From contig CBFFRP010000349.1 in the NCBI GenBank assembly GCA_965644295.1, forward strand, positions 1 to 58,439: a stretch of DNA of 58,439 nucleotides, given 5' to 3'. The notes beneath the pieces were generated by a model. It did not search any database. It worked only from the letters and a program-made list of their open reading frames with translations, and was not told the origin of the DNA. The DNA comes from Paraphysomonas bandaiensis. Taxonomy: Eukaryota; Protista; Chrysophyceae. Shown piece after piece: positions 13,375 through 25,228 of this stretch (position 1 is the stretch's first letter; each line of letters begins with the position of its first letter). The translations under genes were made by a program, and so were the position numbers.

Positions 13375-14987
13375 AGGGATAGGGAACAATATATTGCAAT
13401 ACTATTGTTAGATAGCGTTCCATCAATAGTATTGATGGATTTTTTAAACCGGTCCTACAATACAATTACAATATATTGCAATATATTGTCAATGTATTGC
13501 AATATATTAGTATGACTAATCAGTAGGTAACAGGGGTAGGAAACAATATATTGAATTGCAATACATTGTACAATATATTGCAATATATTGTAAAATATAT
13601 TGATTGGTCGACCGGCCAAAAATCCCATCAATATTGTTTCTGTTAAAGTAGCTCACAATATATTGCAATATATTGCAATCAATATTATGATAGTCATATA
13701 AGAGAAGATTCTCAACTGTAGGGTGCAAAATGGATATAAATAACCGAGAAATTGATTACAGCATTACAGAGGATGATGAAGCTGATGTTGAATGTTGAAT
13801 AAAAATCTTCAGTCATCTCAAAAAATTTAGAAACGTACAGGTCCACGAGTCGTTAACGGTTACCAGGCCCTGGTATGTACTTCCAATACATGGGAACGTC
13901 TGTTCAGCGCAGCTAAAAATATTATTATATCAGTGTTGCGCAATAGTATCCATCCTACTTAATATGCTGTTGTTTCTGAAAGCTATTCGACAGTTGTGGC
14001 CGGATACTAGCATATTTCGATTAAAACTGTGGATGAATATGGTGATGTTGACTTCACCAATGATGGCTCAGAGGATGAGGAAGAGGCGGATTTTTATTAG
14101 CTATAAGCAGTAGTTGGTTTCGTTGTCATGTGATCTTAATGACTAACACTAAAAGTGGAGTCTACGGATATGTTTACTTACTGATTAGTCATACTAATAT
14201 ATTGCAATACATTGACAATAAATTGCAATATATTGTAATTGTATTGTTGGGCCTGTTTAAAATCTCCATCAATAGTATTGATGGAGCGCTCTCTAACAAT
14301 AGTATTGCAATATATTGTTTCCTAGCCCTGGTAGGTAAACACATCCGTAGATTTCATTTTTAGTATTAGTCATTAAGATCACATGACAACCAAACCAACT
14401 GCTGCTTATAGCTACTAAAAATCCACCTCGTCCTCATCCTCTGAGCCATCATCGGTGAGGTCAACATCACCATATTCATCCACAGAATTAATTGAAATAT
14501 GCTAGTATCCGGCCATAACTGTCGAATAGCTTTCAGAAACAACAGCATATTAAGTAGGATGAATACTTTTGCGCAACAATGATATAATATGTTATATGTT
14601 TAGATGTGCGGAACAGACGTTCCCATGTATTGGAAGTACATACCAGGTCCAGGCAACCGTTAATGACTCGTGGATCTGTACGTTTCTTAATTTTTTGAGC
14701 TGACTGAAGATTTTTAGTCGCATAGTCAACATCAGCTTCATTGTCCTTTGTAATGTTGTAATTAATTTCTCGGTTATTTATATCCATTTTGCACCCCACA
14801 GTTGAGAATCTTCTCTTATATGACTATCATAATATTGATTGCAATATATTGCAATAGTATTGTGAGCTCTTTTAACAGAAACACTATTGATGGAATATTT
14901 GACCAGTCCACCAATCAATATATTTTACAATATATTGCAATATATTGAACAATGTATTGCAATACAATATATTGTTCCCTATCCCTG
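13375..14987. mobile_element. Outer non-autonomous hAT MITE (~0.8 kb excluding the nested copy), inserted in the putative copia LTR
   Basis: TIR (C)AGGGATAGGGAACAATATATTG at both ends; GGCCTAAT duplicated at 13367-13374 and 14988-14995 and present once in the uninterrupted copy near 10585; subterminal CAATATATTG arrays. Confidence 0.88.
13531..14330. mobile_element. Inner 800 bp hAT MITE of the same family, nested in opposite orientation
   Basis: TIR CAGGG(G/C)TAGGAAACAATATATTG; perfect 8 bp TSD GTAGGTAA (13523-13530 and 14331-14338); remnant hAT dimerisation motif SNTWERLFSAAK at ~13880-13920. Confidence 0.92.
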
Positions 14988-15213
14988 GGCCTAATAGTAC
15001 AATAGCAAGACACGTTTGAGCAGAGCGTTAGCAGTGCGTTAGCACCACACACATGTGCGTATCTTTAAAGACACACACATACAATAGAATGGGTAGGTAG
15101 CATTCACTGCATGACTTTAAAATCCGTGTAAACTAGTATAGCCACAGTGTTAAATTAGATATTAGATAGGGTGTATATATATTAAAGGCGTAAATAATGT
15201 AGAAAATATTGCC

Positions 15214-17077
15214 TCAAGAGCTTCTACTCCTTGAGTGCGACACGATAAGCTTATGTTGGTCATTCGGATCATCAATATTCTCTACACTATAACCATTACA
15301 AGAAGCTATTGCATCCAATGCATTTGCAACCGTTGACATCTGGATATAAACTTGTTATGACGTTCATATGGTTAAATAAGCTGACTAACCTTGAGAAAGG
15401 CATATCCCCTGGATGGTATAATATTGATGATCTCCATATCGTACTCTCCGAATATATCCCAAAGTAGTTCCTCTAGATCTTCTGCGGTGTCTGACTTCGG
15501 TAAACCACCCACAAACAGCGACCTCGCTTGGTCTTCATCAATAGTGCTGCAACACAATAGTAACACCATCAGTAGCAAAAGCGAAAAAGGTAGCAGCATA
15601 CCTGTCCTTAGCTGCGGCAGTAAATCCGATGAAGTCAACGGTTGTCTTGGGGTCTCTTCGTCCCCACCAGACTTTGTGGAAAATTACGGACTCAGGTGTA
15701 CCTTTGTCATCAGCTAGACCTAATTGTAGCGCCAATCGTCTGTGTTCTGACATATCTCGGTCCCGTCTGTGGGCAAAGAAAGTCAAGAACATACCATTCA
15801 CAGATGTATAAAATCCATCGGCACGGATCTGCACCAAGAATACAAAGTTACGTTTGTTTTAGACCTAAAACGGAGTGGGTACCTGAATGACTAGGGTAAA
15901 TGTTCCAGTTGGAAGCACATTGAAAGCAGCAAAAGACCTCCTGTCGATGAGTCCCCATAATCCGCGGCTCATGTCGTTCTGCAAAATCTCTCGGCGGCGG
16001 GACTCATACCGCGGGTTGAAATGGAAGTACACCTCCGACCATTGGCCCGGCAGCAAGTGAGAGCACAGCTCGTTATCATTGTCCCCACTTCCAGTACGAT
16101 TCAACATTTCTTCTGGCCCTATATTAATAGACCAACGTCTAGATGAGGACGGAACAGTTATCTTGAACGCAAGTGTTTGATTTTTAAGTACACTGAAGTC
16201 ATCCAATAAAAATTCCTTCGCTGTCCCACCCGATGAGTGGACCTTCTGTGGATTCCAATCTTCCGTCAGCAAGAGACCCATGGACGGAAACATATCTCCG
16301 TCCAGCTCATCCGTTGCCACTTCCTTGTAACTCTCCTTCTGTGTTATATTATACCGTGCACGCGACGCTACCTTTGTCGGAACTATATTACTACTGGAAT
16401 CAGCATTATTAACAGTCGTATCTTCAGATCTGACAACACGGGAGTCAGCTTTCTTGTTATTTCCGTGTTCTTCCAAACGGCGGCGTTTGATTTTCGAAAT
16501 GTCGTCTTCTGGAGGGGAATCGACTTTACGCTGAATCGAAGTGGCACTAGAATTCTCTGGGGCTGTACTCGCAGGTTCCACTTTTCTCTGCATGGCAACA
16601 TTTATAAGAGCCAAGTGGATCACAAGGAGCAAACCTGAGCCACGTTTGGCGCATCGACAGGTTCCCGCAATCTACTGGACTCCTATATAATATCACACAA
16701 CATAAATACTATACATCCTCGATGCTATATACATATAATGCATACTCCAGCGTACACACATATACCTATACACATACATACACGCATATACACACAGTGC
16801 TATGAGTGGTACCTCTATTACATAATTAACAGACTGTGCGAGATGTTTCTGTTGTCTGATCTGCGCCTGTCTCGCCTCATGTTTCTCTCTGGATCTATTA
16901 TCAAAGAACTCCACCAGCTTAACCTCAGCCTACACACACACCACGTGACTACACACACATACAGACATATATACATATACATATAGAGTATGATAAATAC
17001 ATAAGATAAGTAAGAAGCAGTCGCACACACACCTCAGTCAGCTGCCTTCCATTGTGGTTTGATAGTGATAAACTCAT
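15214..17077 (-). CDS. Multi-exon protein with a galectin-like domain followed by a C-terminal RRM
   Basis: Manual splicing: ATG 17077 MSLSLSNHNGRQLTE / AEVKLVEFFDNRS... / ...FHFNPRY..ILQND..GLWGLIDR..GTFTLVIQ / IRADGFYTSVNG..FAHR / SLFVGGLP (RNP2)...RGYAFLK (RNP1)...; stop TGA at 15216-15214. Confidence 0.72.
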
Positions 17078-17143
17078 AGCTTAAGAGGCAAGATGGGGCA
17101 TCTGCTCTCAACATCTTTACTATAACACCATAACACCCATACA

Positions 17144-18270
17144 CATACATACATACATACATACATACATACATACATACATACATACATACATACATAC
17201 ATACATACATACATACATACATACATACATACATACATACATACATACATACATACATACATACATACATACATACATACATACATACATACATACATAC
17301 ATACATACATACATACATACATACATACATACATACATACATACATACATACATACATACATACATACATACATACATACATACATACATACATACATAC
17401 ATACATACATACATACATACATACATACATACATACATACATACATACATACATACATACATACATACATACATACATACATACATACATACAGATGTAC
17501 ATACATACATACATACATACATACATACATACATACATACATACATACATACATACATACATACATACATACATACATACATACATACATACATACATAC
17601 ATACGTACATACATACATACATACATACATACATACATACATACATACATACATACATACATACATACATACATACATACATACATACATACATACATAC
17701 ATACATACATACATACATACATACATACATACATACAGATGTACATACATACATACATACATACATACATACATACATACATACATACATACATACATAC
17801 ATACATACATACATACATACATACATACATACATACATACATACATACATACATACATACATACATACATACATACATACATACATACATACATACATAC
17901 ATACATACATACATACATACATACATACATACATACATACATACATACATACATACATACATACATACATACAGATGTACATACATACATACATACATAC
18001 ATACATACATACATACATACATACATACAGATGTACATACATACATACATACATACATACATACATACATACATACATACATACATACATACATACATAC
18101 ATACATACATACATACATACATACATACATACATACATACATACATACATACATACATACATACATACATACATACATACATACATACATACATACATAC
18201 ATACATACATACATACATACATACATACATACATACATACATACATACATACATACATACATACATACAT
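17144..18270. repeat. (TACA)n microsatellite, ~1.1 kb
   Basis: Direct reading; variant CAGATGTA interruptions near 17494, 17738, 17974 and 18030. Confidence 0.98.
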
Positions 18271-19313
18271 CTGAGCGATGTCTGACGTAGTGTACTCTGT
18301 ACATATGGTGTACAATGCAGATTGCTGCTTGTGCCTTTCAGATGCAGTAGAACACTTCAATAACGATGATCGTGATGCCTAGGAAGGCTAGGGCAACAAT
18401 GAGTAAAGTTGAATTGGAGCAAGGGAGGGCTCTAATCCCTGAAGTGCGAAGGCAGTTTAGTGCAGATTTATTTTCGGCAGAGTTTCCACTGGGCGTACGT
18501 GTGGATGAATAGGGTTTAGAATTATCATCAGCTCCTGAACCTCTTCCTCTGATGATGACTCTGAACCCTCTTCGTTCAGACCTATGTCCAGCTCTTGAGC
18601 ATTTAGGTGTAGTAACACTACAATACATACATACAAACATGCATACGTACATTATATATCCTTTGGTTTTTGTTTTAAATATATCCGTATGTCTATGGAA
18701 TTGGTCTACTCGTCTACTCTGATACCTGTCGTCTAATGGGAAGTTTTGAGAGGGCTGCTGAGTCATGAGCATGCGTATAGTGGTCTGCTTTGCAGGGTTT
18801 GTCACATGAATCCTTATATGGAATATTGTCGAAGTCAAGTTCTTTGATTTTCAGTCCCAGTATATAGTATATGTATTGGGTCGAAAAAGAGTGGTATTTA
18901 GTATAAGTATAGTGTAGTTAATATCCATGCTTGAGGCCGAATACACTTATTAAATCTAGCACCTCGTGCTCTGAACGCGAGATGTTAAGTGTTAGTAAGT
19001 AACTGCAGCAACCAGCCATAAATAACTATTATTGCGAAGTAAAATTTATAGGGGGTGTACTAAATAGTAGTCTCGCATAAAAGGTAAAATGCAGCACCAA
19101 CTGATAGAATGGGATACTAGATATCATTAGCACTCAATTATTATAGCCGCACTTACATTTCAACTTAGGCAGCAATAAACAACACATTTTGGCAAGTGTA
19201 GCACCACGTAAGCTCATAATTTCAGCCATACAATATGCTCTCACGGCATAGCAGCATTAAATAACTTGCCGACACACACACTACACACCGCGCAATATTC
19301 ATGAAGTGTTAGG

Positions 19314-20786
19314 TTATGTGCTCCATCCTAGATACCGGGTGTCTCCAAGTTGCCTAGGAGATACGACCTGCTTCACTGCAAAGAGAACCCCCAAGAAAAG
19401 ACTGATGCTTCCCACAACAATGTATGATATTCCTAGGAACGAATTCTTACCGCCGAACTCGCCGAGATTGCTTATGACGATAGCCTTTGAGCCATCAAAG
19501 CTATTTACTTCAAAATTCAGGGAGATATGGAATGTAAGTGTGTCGCCTTTGTTAAGATCTTTGTCAATTTTTCCGTAGAGTTTTCTGAAAGTTGGAAGTC
19601 CAGCGGTACGCATCCACACTATAAAGTGCTCATTTTCTACCCCCTCAATGGGACTGACAACCATAGGGTAGGACTCATGTAGGTATTGAACCTTGTCGTC
19701 ATCGGGGTACCAGTAAAACCATGTAGAACCATCCGAATCCACATACACCTTACAATCTGTAAAACCACACCATCAACCGCATACATTACTTTCAGAAGAG
19801 GCGTACCGGCATATTTCTCGCTGCCCATTACCTCCACGCATGATGCGGACGCATTCGAGTGCTGCACCTTCTTGAAGCCGTCCACATTATTGAACTTTAC
19901 CTTTCTGTCTGAAAGCCACGAGATTCCTTTTTCGTCCATGGAGTATCCGCTAGAGTTATCCAGAGATATCACATCTATATTTGTATAAATGATTCTACGA
20001 TAAACAGGTCGAAAACAATTTACCATTAAAAAGAGAGTTGGCAATGAGACCACAGGGATTTAAAAGAAGAGAGTGGTTCTTGTAAAGTGGGTCACAATCT
20101 GAGCTGACGTCGCTTTTATCCAGGTTCTGGATAGTCTTCGTGAGAACAATTATAATAGCAAAATAGTATACATACCTCCCCTTCGAGCTGAGCAGCACTT
20201 CGACTCTTCACATATCTACGATGATTTTGGTAAAAATTTTCCAACTCGTAATAAACATAAACGGGGCCTTCTACATCTTCACCGATGTTAAACGTGATCT
20301 ACCAAATACATCAGATCGTCACTACTAGTCAAGATAGCTATAACCTACCGAACATTCTGCCCCTTCATTCGTATTCTTAATTTTACATCCATCGACATCT
20401 GTGTCATCGCCGTCATACACTATAGTCTTCTCGTAAATCTGGTAACAAGGAAGACAAGTTAAATCATTATATGATATCATATGAAAAGGTATGGTATCGT
20501 TATATATATTGTATTGTGTCACCATATTAAATTATATTATATATTAACATGATCAGCAGCCCACCTCTTTGGATGAATCCAGAAGAGTCACACCAACAGG
20601 AACAAAAATCACACCAATTATAAGAAACATTATTATAACTTTAATTGGTGTAAGTATTGGTTGCCAGGCTGCCATTCTCTGTTGCTTGAAGGGCGTGTCT
20701 GTATGTATAGTAAGATAATAGAGAGATATTAGCACACGTATATGATCACCATCTGGACGCCGTGATTTCTCCGCCTTATCAGCCAT
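19314..20786 (-). CDS. CDC50: CDC50/LEM3 family P4-ATPase flippase beta-subunit, multi-exon
   Basis: SRRP.DTPFKQQRMAAWQPILTP, TM1, YELENFYQNHRRYVKSRS..QL.G, NPCGLIANSLFND, ENEHFIVWMRTAGLPTFRKLYGKI, GGKNSFLGISYIVVG. Confidence 0.95.
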
Positions 20787-20914
20787 GAGTTAAAACACTT
20801 GGAACAAACTCTGTACTGATCGTAATACTGTTTCCAAAGTGTAGTGGTGCGGATATGAGCTTAACTATGCATGTTTATCCTCCAATTGTATCCCATGACA
20901 CTCCTCCACATATG

Positions 20915-22283
20915 CATACATACATACATACATACATACATACATACATACATACATACATACATACATACATACATACATACATACATACATACATACA
21001 TACATACATACATACATACATACATACATACATACATACATACATACATACATACATACATACATACATACATACATACATACATACATACATACATACA
21101 TACATACATACATACATACATACATACATACATACATACATACATACATACATACATACATACATACATACATACATACACACATACATACATACATACA
21201 TACATACATACATACATACATACATACATACATACATACATACATACATACATACATACATACATACATACATACATACATACATACATACATACATACA
21301 TACATACATACATACATACATACATACATACATACATACATACATACATACATACATACATACATACATACATACATACATACATACATACATACATACA
21401 TACATACATACATACATACATACATACATACATACATACATACATACATACATACATACATACATACATACATACATACATACATACATACATACATACA
21501 TACATACATACATACATACATACATACATACATACATACATACATACATACATACATACATACATACATACATACACACATACATACATACATACATACA
21601 CACATACATACATACATACATACATACATACATACATACATACATACATACATACATACATACATACATACATACATACATACATACATACATACATACA
21701 TACATACATACATACATACATACATACATACATACATACATACATACATACATACATACATACATACATACATACATACATACATACATACATACATACA
21801 TACATACATACATACATACATACATACATACATACATACATACATACATACATACATACATACATACATACATACATACATACATACATACATACATACA
21901 TACATACATACATACATACATACATACATACATACATACATACATACATACATACATACATACATACATACATACATACATACATACATACATACATACA
22001 TACATACATACATACATGCATACATACATACATACATACATACATACATACATACATACATACATACATACATACATACATACATACATACATACATACA
22101 TACATACATACATACATACATACATACATGCATACATACATACATACATACATACATACATACATACATACATACATACATACATACATACATACATACA
22201 TACATACATACATACATACATACATACATACATACATACATACATACATACATACATACATACATACATACATACATACATAC
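20915..22283. repeat. (TACA)n microsatellite, ~1.37 kb
   Basis: Direct reading; only rare CACA or TGCA variant units. Confidence 0.98.
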
Positions 22284-22443
22284 TGCTGTATGTAACAATA
22301 CAGGCTGCTGTATTCTGTACTCCATGAACTCTTGACTGCAGTGCATATGTACATAGTCCGTGATATCTCTGTGCAGATACAACTATCACCATCACAACAT
22401 ATCTCACCCCAGTGACCAACATATTTCCACGGAAGTGTTAGTC

Positions 22444-23017
22444 ATGAACCCTCCAGATGATTTCGAGAAGTGAGTGTGTGTAGGCAATGTATACGTATAT
22501 ATACGTTTAGATCATAGTGTATATATATAACATCGCTATACAGAGAGGGCAAAGGAGATAAACAGGACTCAGATGACGAGAAAGAAAAGAAACGCAAGGC
22601 ACGGCCTGAAGATGTTATTCCTGATTTGCCGGAGAACAAAGCTGCACGAGAGTTCTTGAAGAAGGCCCCAACTAAAGGCCTTTGGTTGCCAATGGGAGTA
22701 GAGGTCAAGGTCATGCAATGCTTCCGATGTAAAGCCTATGGTCATCGGTCAGGGGACAAGGAGTGCCCACTTTACGAGCAAGGAAATGTTGTTCTTGATG
22801 CACAGCGGCAGGTTGAGTGGTTTTTATTATACTATGCAAGTTTTAATGCTTTCGGTTCATGCAGGCTCGTGAAGACCCCATGTCGTCATTTGTGGCTAAG
22901 AAATCCGAAACGAAACGAGAGCAGTTGGAAAGAGTTGGACATCTCAAACGGATTATGAGTGAAATAAAAACAATGGAAAAGCAACGTAAAAAGGCTAGAA
23001 AGGAGAAACGCCGTTGA
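22444..23017 (+). CDS. RP9: RP9/PAP-1-like CCHC zinc-knuckle splicing-associated protein, 3 exons
   Basis: PEDVIPDLPENKAAREFLKKAPTKGLWLPMGVEVKVMQCFRCKAYGHRSGDKECP closely matches the RP9 core; basic C-terminus. Confidence 0.9.
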
Positions 23018-23326
23018 TAGCTCCAACAGTAATGCAGTGATGTATATATCATTTTTGTGCACATCTATCTATTTTTTTAATTAAATTTCTTTCCACAATA
23101 GTATGCTTTTTATGAATAGCTGCTTCGTTATTCTATAATGCTGCGTCGTGGTATCTTCCAGAAGAGGTTTACACTTTTACACTATAATACGACCGGAATT
23201 CTTTTCAGTTTTTCAGGAAGAAATAATTATTATATTTTTAGTTTTTCATTTTACACAGCCAACAAAACATTTTACAGCTGATAATAAAATATAATAGAGG
23301 GGGCACATAATGCATATCATTTATAT

Positions 23327-24861
23327 CAGGGCCTGGTAACCATTAATGGTAATGGCATTATAATTGCCGGGACATTTTAAATTAATGCCACTAAAATTGC
23401 GGGGAACTGGACTACCATTACCTGTACTGCTATATATAGAACTGAGTGTTCTTAAGAGTATAGTATCTCCTCTGTACTCCGAAGAAACTCTAAACAATAT
23501 TAGACAACAATGTTCATGCAACTCTACAGGCACTCTGTGGCAACCTTGTTCACTATCTTCTTAATCATGCATTCTAGAGTTAGAGAATAGTGTCCTGAGC
23601 GATATCCATAGCAACGTAGGAAAATACCCAAAAACTCTAAAATAATCATTGAAAACATGCATATTTCACCTCTAGAAACATTCATAAAAACACTATTTTT
23701 CCCCTAAGTACACAACTACGATATACTCTGTGCTGTATTTATACATATATAGAGCACATTAAGCAACGATGATGGCCAAAACAATCGATGGCAATGTAAT
23801 TTACAGAGTCTTCTTCCGAGTGGTTTCAGAGAATCCTCTCAGTGCTCTGTATCTTATTGTTCGTTGTGCAATGATCTCCTTTAACAAGATATACTGCGAG
23901 GTTACACGAGTTGTGTGAATCATATAGCCAAGAAGGGCACCAAACATGCGGATTTTTCTTGACGAGAGGAACTCGAGAGAATTTTGGGAAGTGAGAGACT
24001 TCACGGGGGCGATTTATTGTCTTTTGTAAGAAAGAAAGTATCTCCTGCTGCAAGGAACTTATTTCGGTGGCTGGAATGGATAGTCATGAACGACGAACCA
24101 TTTTCTATTGTGGAGAATAAGTATGTTCGGAAGAAATGGAACCAATTTGTACCAAGCCCGCCAGTTATTTGATATGCTGCTACAAGAATTTCCAGAGCTG
24201 CATCCATACCTTTCCCCGAATGCAAGCATTGTTGTCAGTGCAAATTTTGAGAAGGCAGTGGCTAAAATTCAAGGGAACGATGAAAGAGAGTTGACAGGCA
24301 ATGAGAGAAGAGCAGTTAGACATGCATTCATCCATGGAGGTTGGTGTACCCGACAGGAATAACGAGGACGAGAGTGAAGGAACTGATTTTGCACAGCGTG
24401 CTCTGGACAGCGTCGAGGTCACCAAGAGAGCTCGACTTGGTACCTATGAGTCCAACTACCGCTGCTTGCTTCATATTGAAGCACAATCTACTTTTGTTGA
24501 GAGGCTCTTTAGTCGTGCAACGTTGATTATGACACCTGAGCGTAGAAACATGAATCCATATCGACTAGAATCGGTGCTATTCCTACGAGCCAATTACATG
24601 CTGTGAGATGTTTATACCCTCCATAAAGCCCTGCAAGAAGATCCTGATGTGTCAGTAGAGAGCGAGAAGTAGTTAAAATTTGTAGTCTGCTATTTAACTA
24701 AAAATTAGCAATTAAGGGAGCACAACAGTATCTATTATATGAGTGGTGCTATCTACTTTAGGTTAGTAGGTATTAGTGGTCATTAATGCGCCATTAATGG
24801 CCATTATAATTGCCGGGAGCTGGACTACCATTAATGGGCCATTAATGGTTACCAGGCCCTG
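23327..24861 (+). mobile_element. Internally deleted hAT DNA transposon (1535 bp)
   Basis: 23 bp perfect TIR CAGGGCCTGGTAACCATTAATGG; 8 bp TSD ATTTATAT; transposase fragments NLFRWLEWIVMNDEPFSIVEN, SPNASIVVSANFEKAVAKIQ, VERLFSRATLIMTPERRNMNPYRLESVLFLRAN. Confidence 0.95.
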
Positions 24862-25228
24862 ATTTATATATTGAAATAATAGCACAACGAAGTGTTATAT
24901 GTTATAATTGACAACACAGCATCTGACTGCGCAATGTATACTTTTAGTACTTCTAGTAGTAGCGTAGAACTTAAATACATGAGTTCCACTCGAAACGTAG
25001 AGAAGAATTATCCCTTCCGATAACTACCTTTTGTTGACATCAATTCTGCATTGTTAGAGATTCAATATGAATCTGTTGTATACAAACTAAGTAGTGCTGA
25101 ATAAATAATTCTCACTACGCATAGCAACACAATTTATATCCTTCCAATCCATACGTACAACATTTAACATAAAGCACAATTTATAACTTTGTCATCTATT
25201 CCTGTACAACTCCAACCGCACAACTCAT

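Larger units (their letters stand above)
10509..15065 (-). mobile_element. Degenerate Ty1/copia LTR retrotransposon (gag, protease, integrase and RNase H remnants; RT deleted) with nested insertions
   Basis: Gag-like 13282-12971 (PFDAKNFSKWQK); protease remnant ~12720-12460; integrase C-half 11830-11306 (SPYQ..PDLSY.RIWGC, GYFMGY, SSHVFFYE); RNase H ~11305-11010 (RRSTT, SRLQTTVALS, IRYHFIRE, MPTNEMLADTLTKPL). Flanked by a ~140 bp direct repeat. Confidence 0.85.

Noticed and set aside
13858-13872. GGTTACCAGGCCCTG identical to the end of the 23.3 kb hAT TIR
   Set aside because: The sibling MITE copy differs here (GGTTGCCTGGACCTG) and there is no partner TIR or TSD; probably chance
13380-14980. 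CAATATATTG repeats resembling a CRISPR or iteron array
   Set aside because: Irregular spacing, no unique spacers, and they lie inside hAT TIRs, so they are subterminal transposase-binding repeats
17034-22422. Long MYVC / HTYI repeat ORFs
   Set aside because: Artefacts of a stop-free tetranucleotide microsatellite
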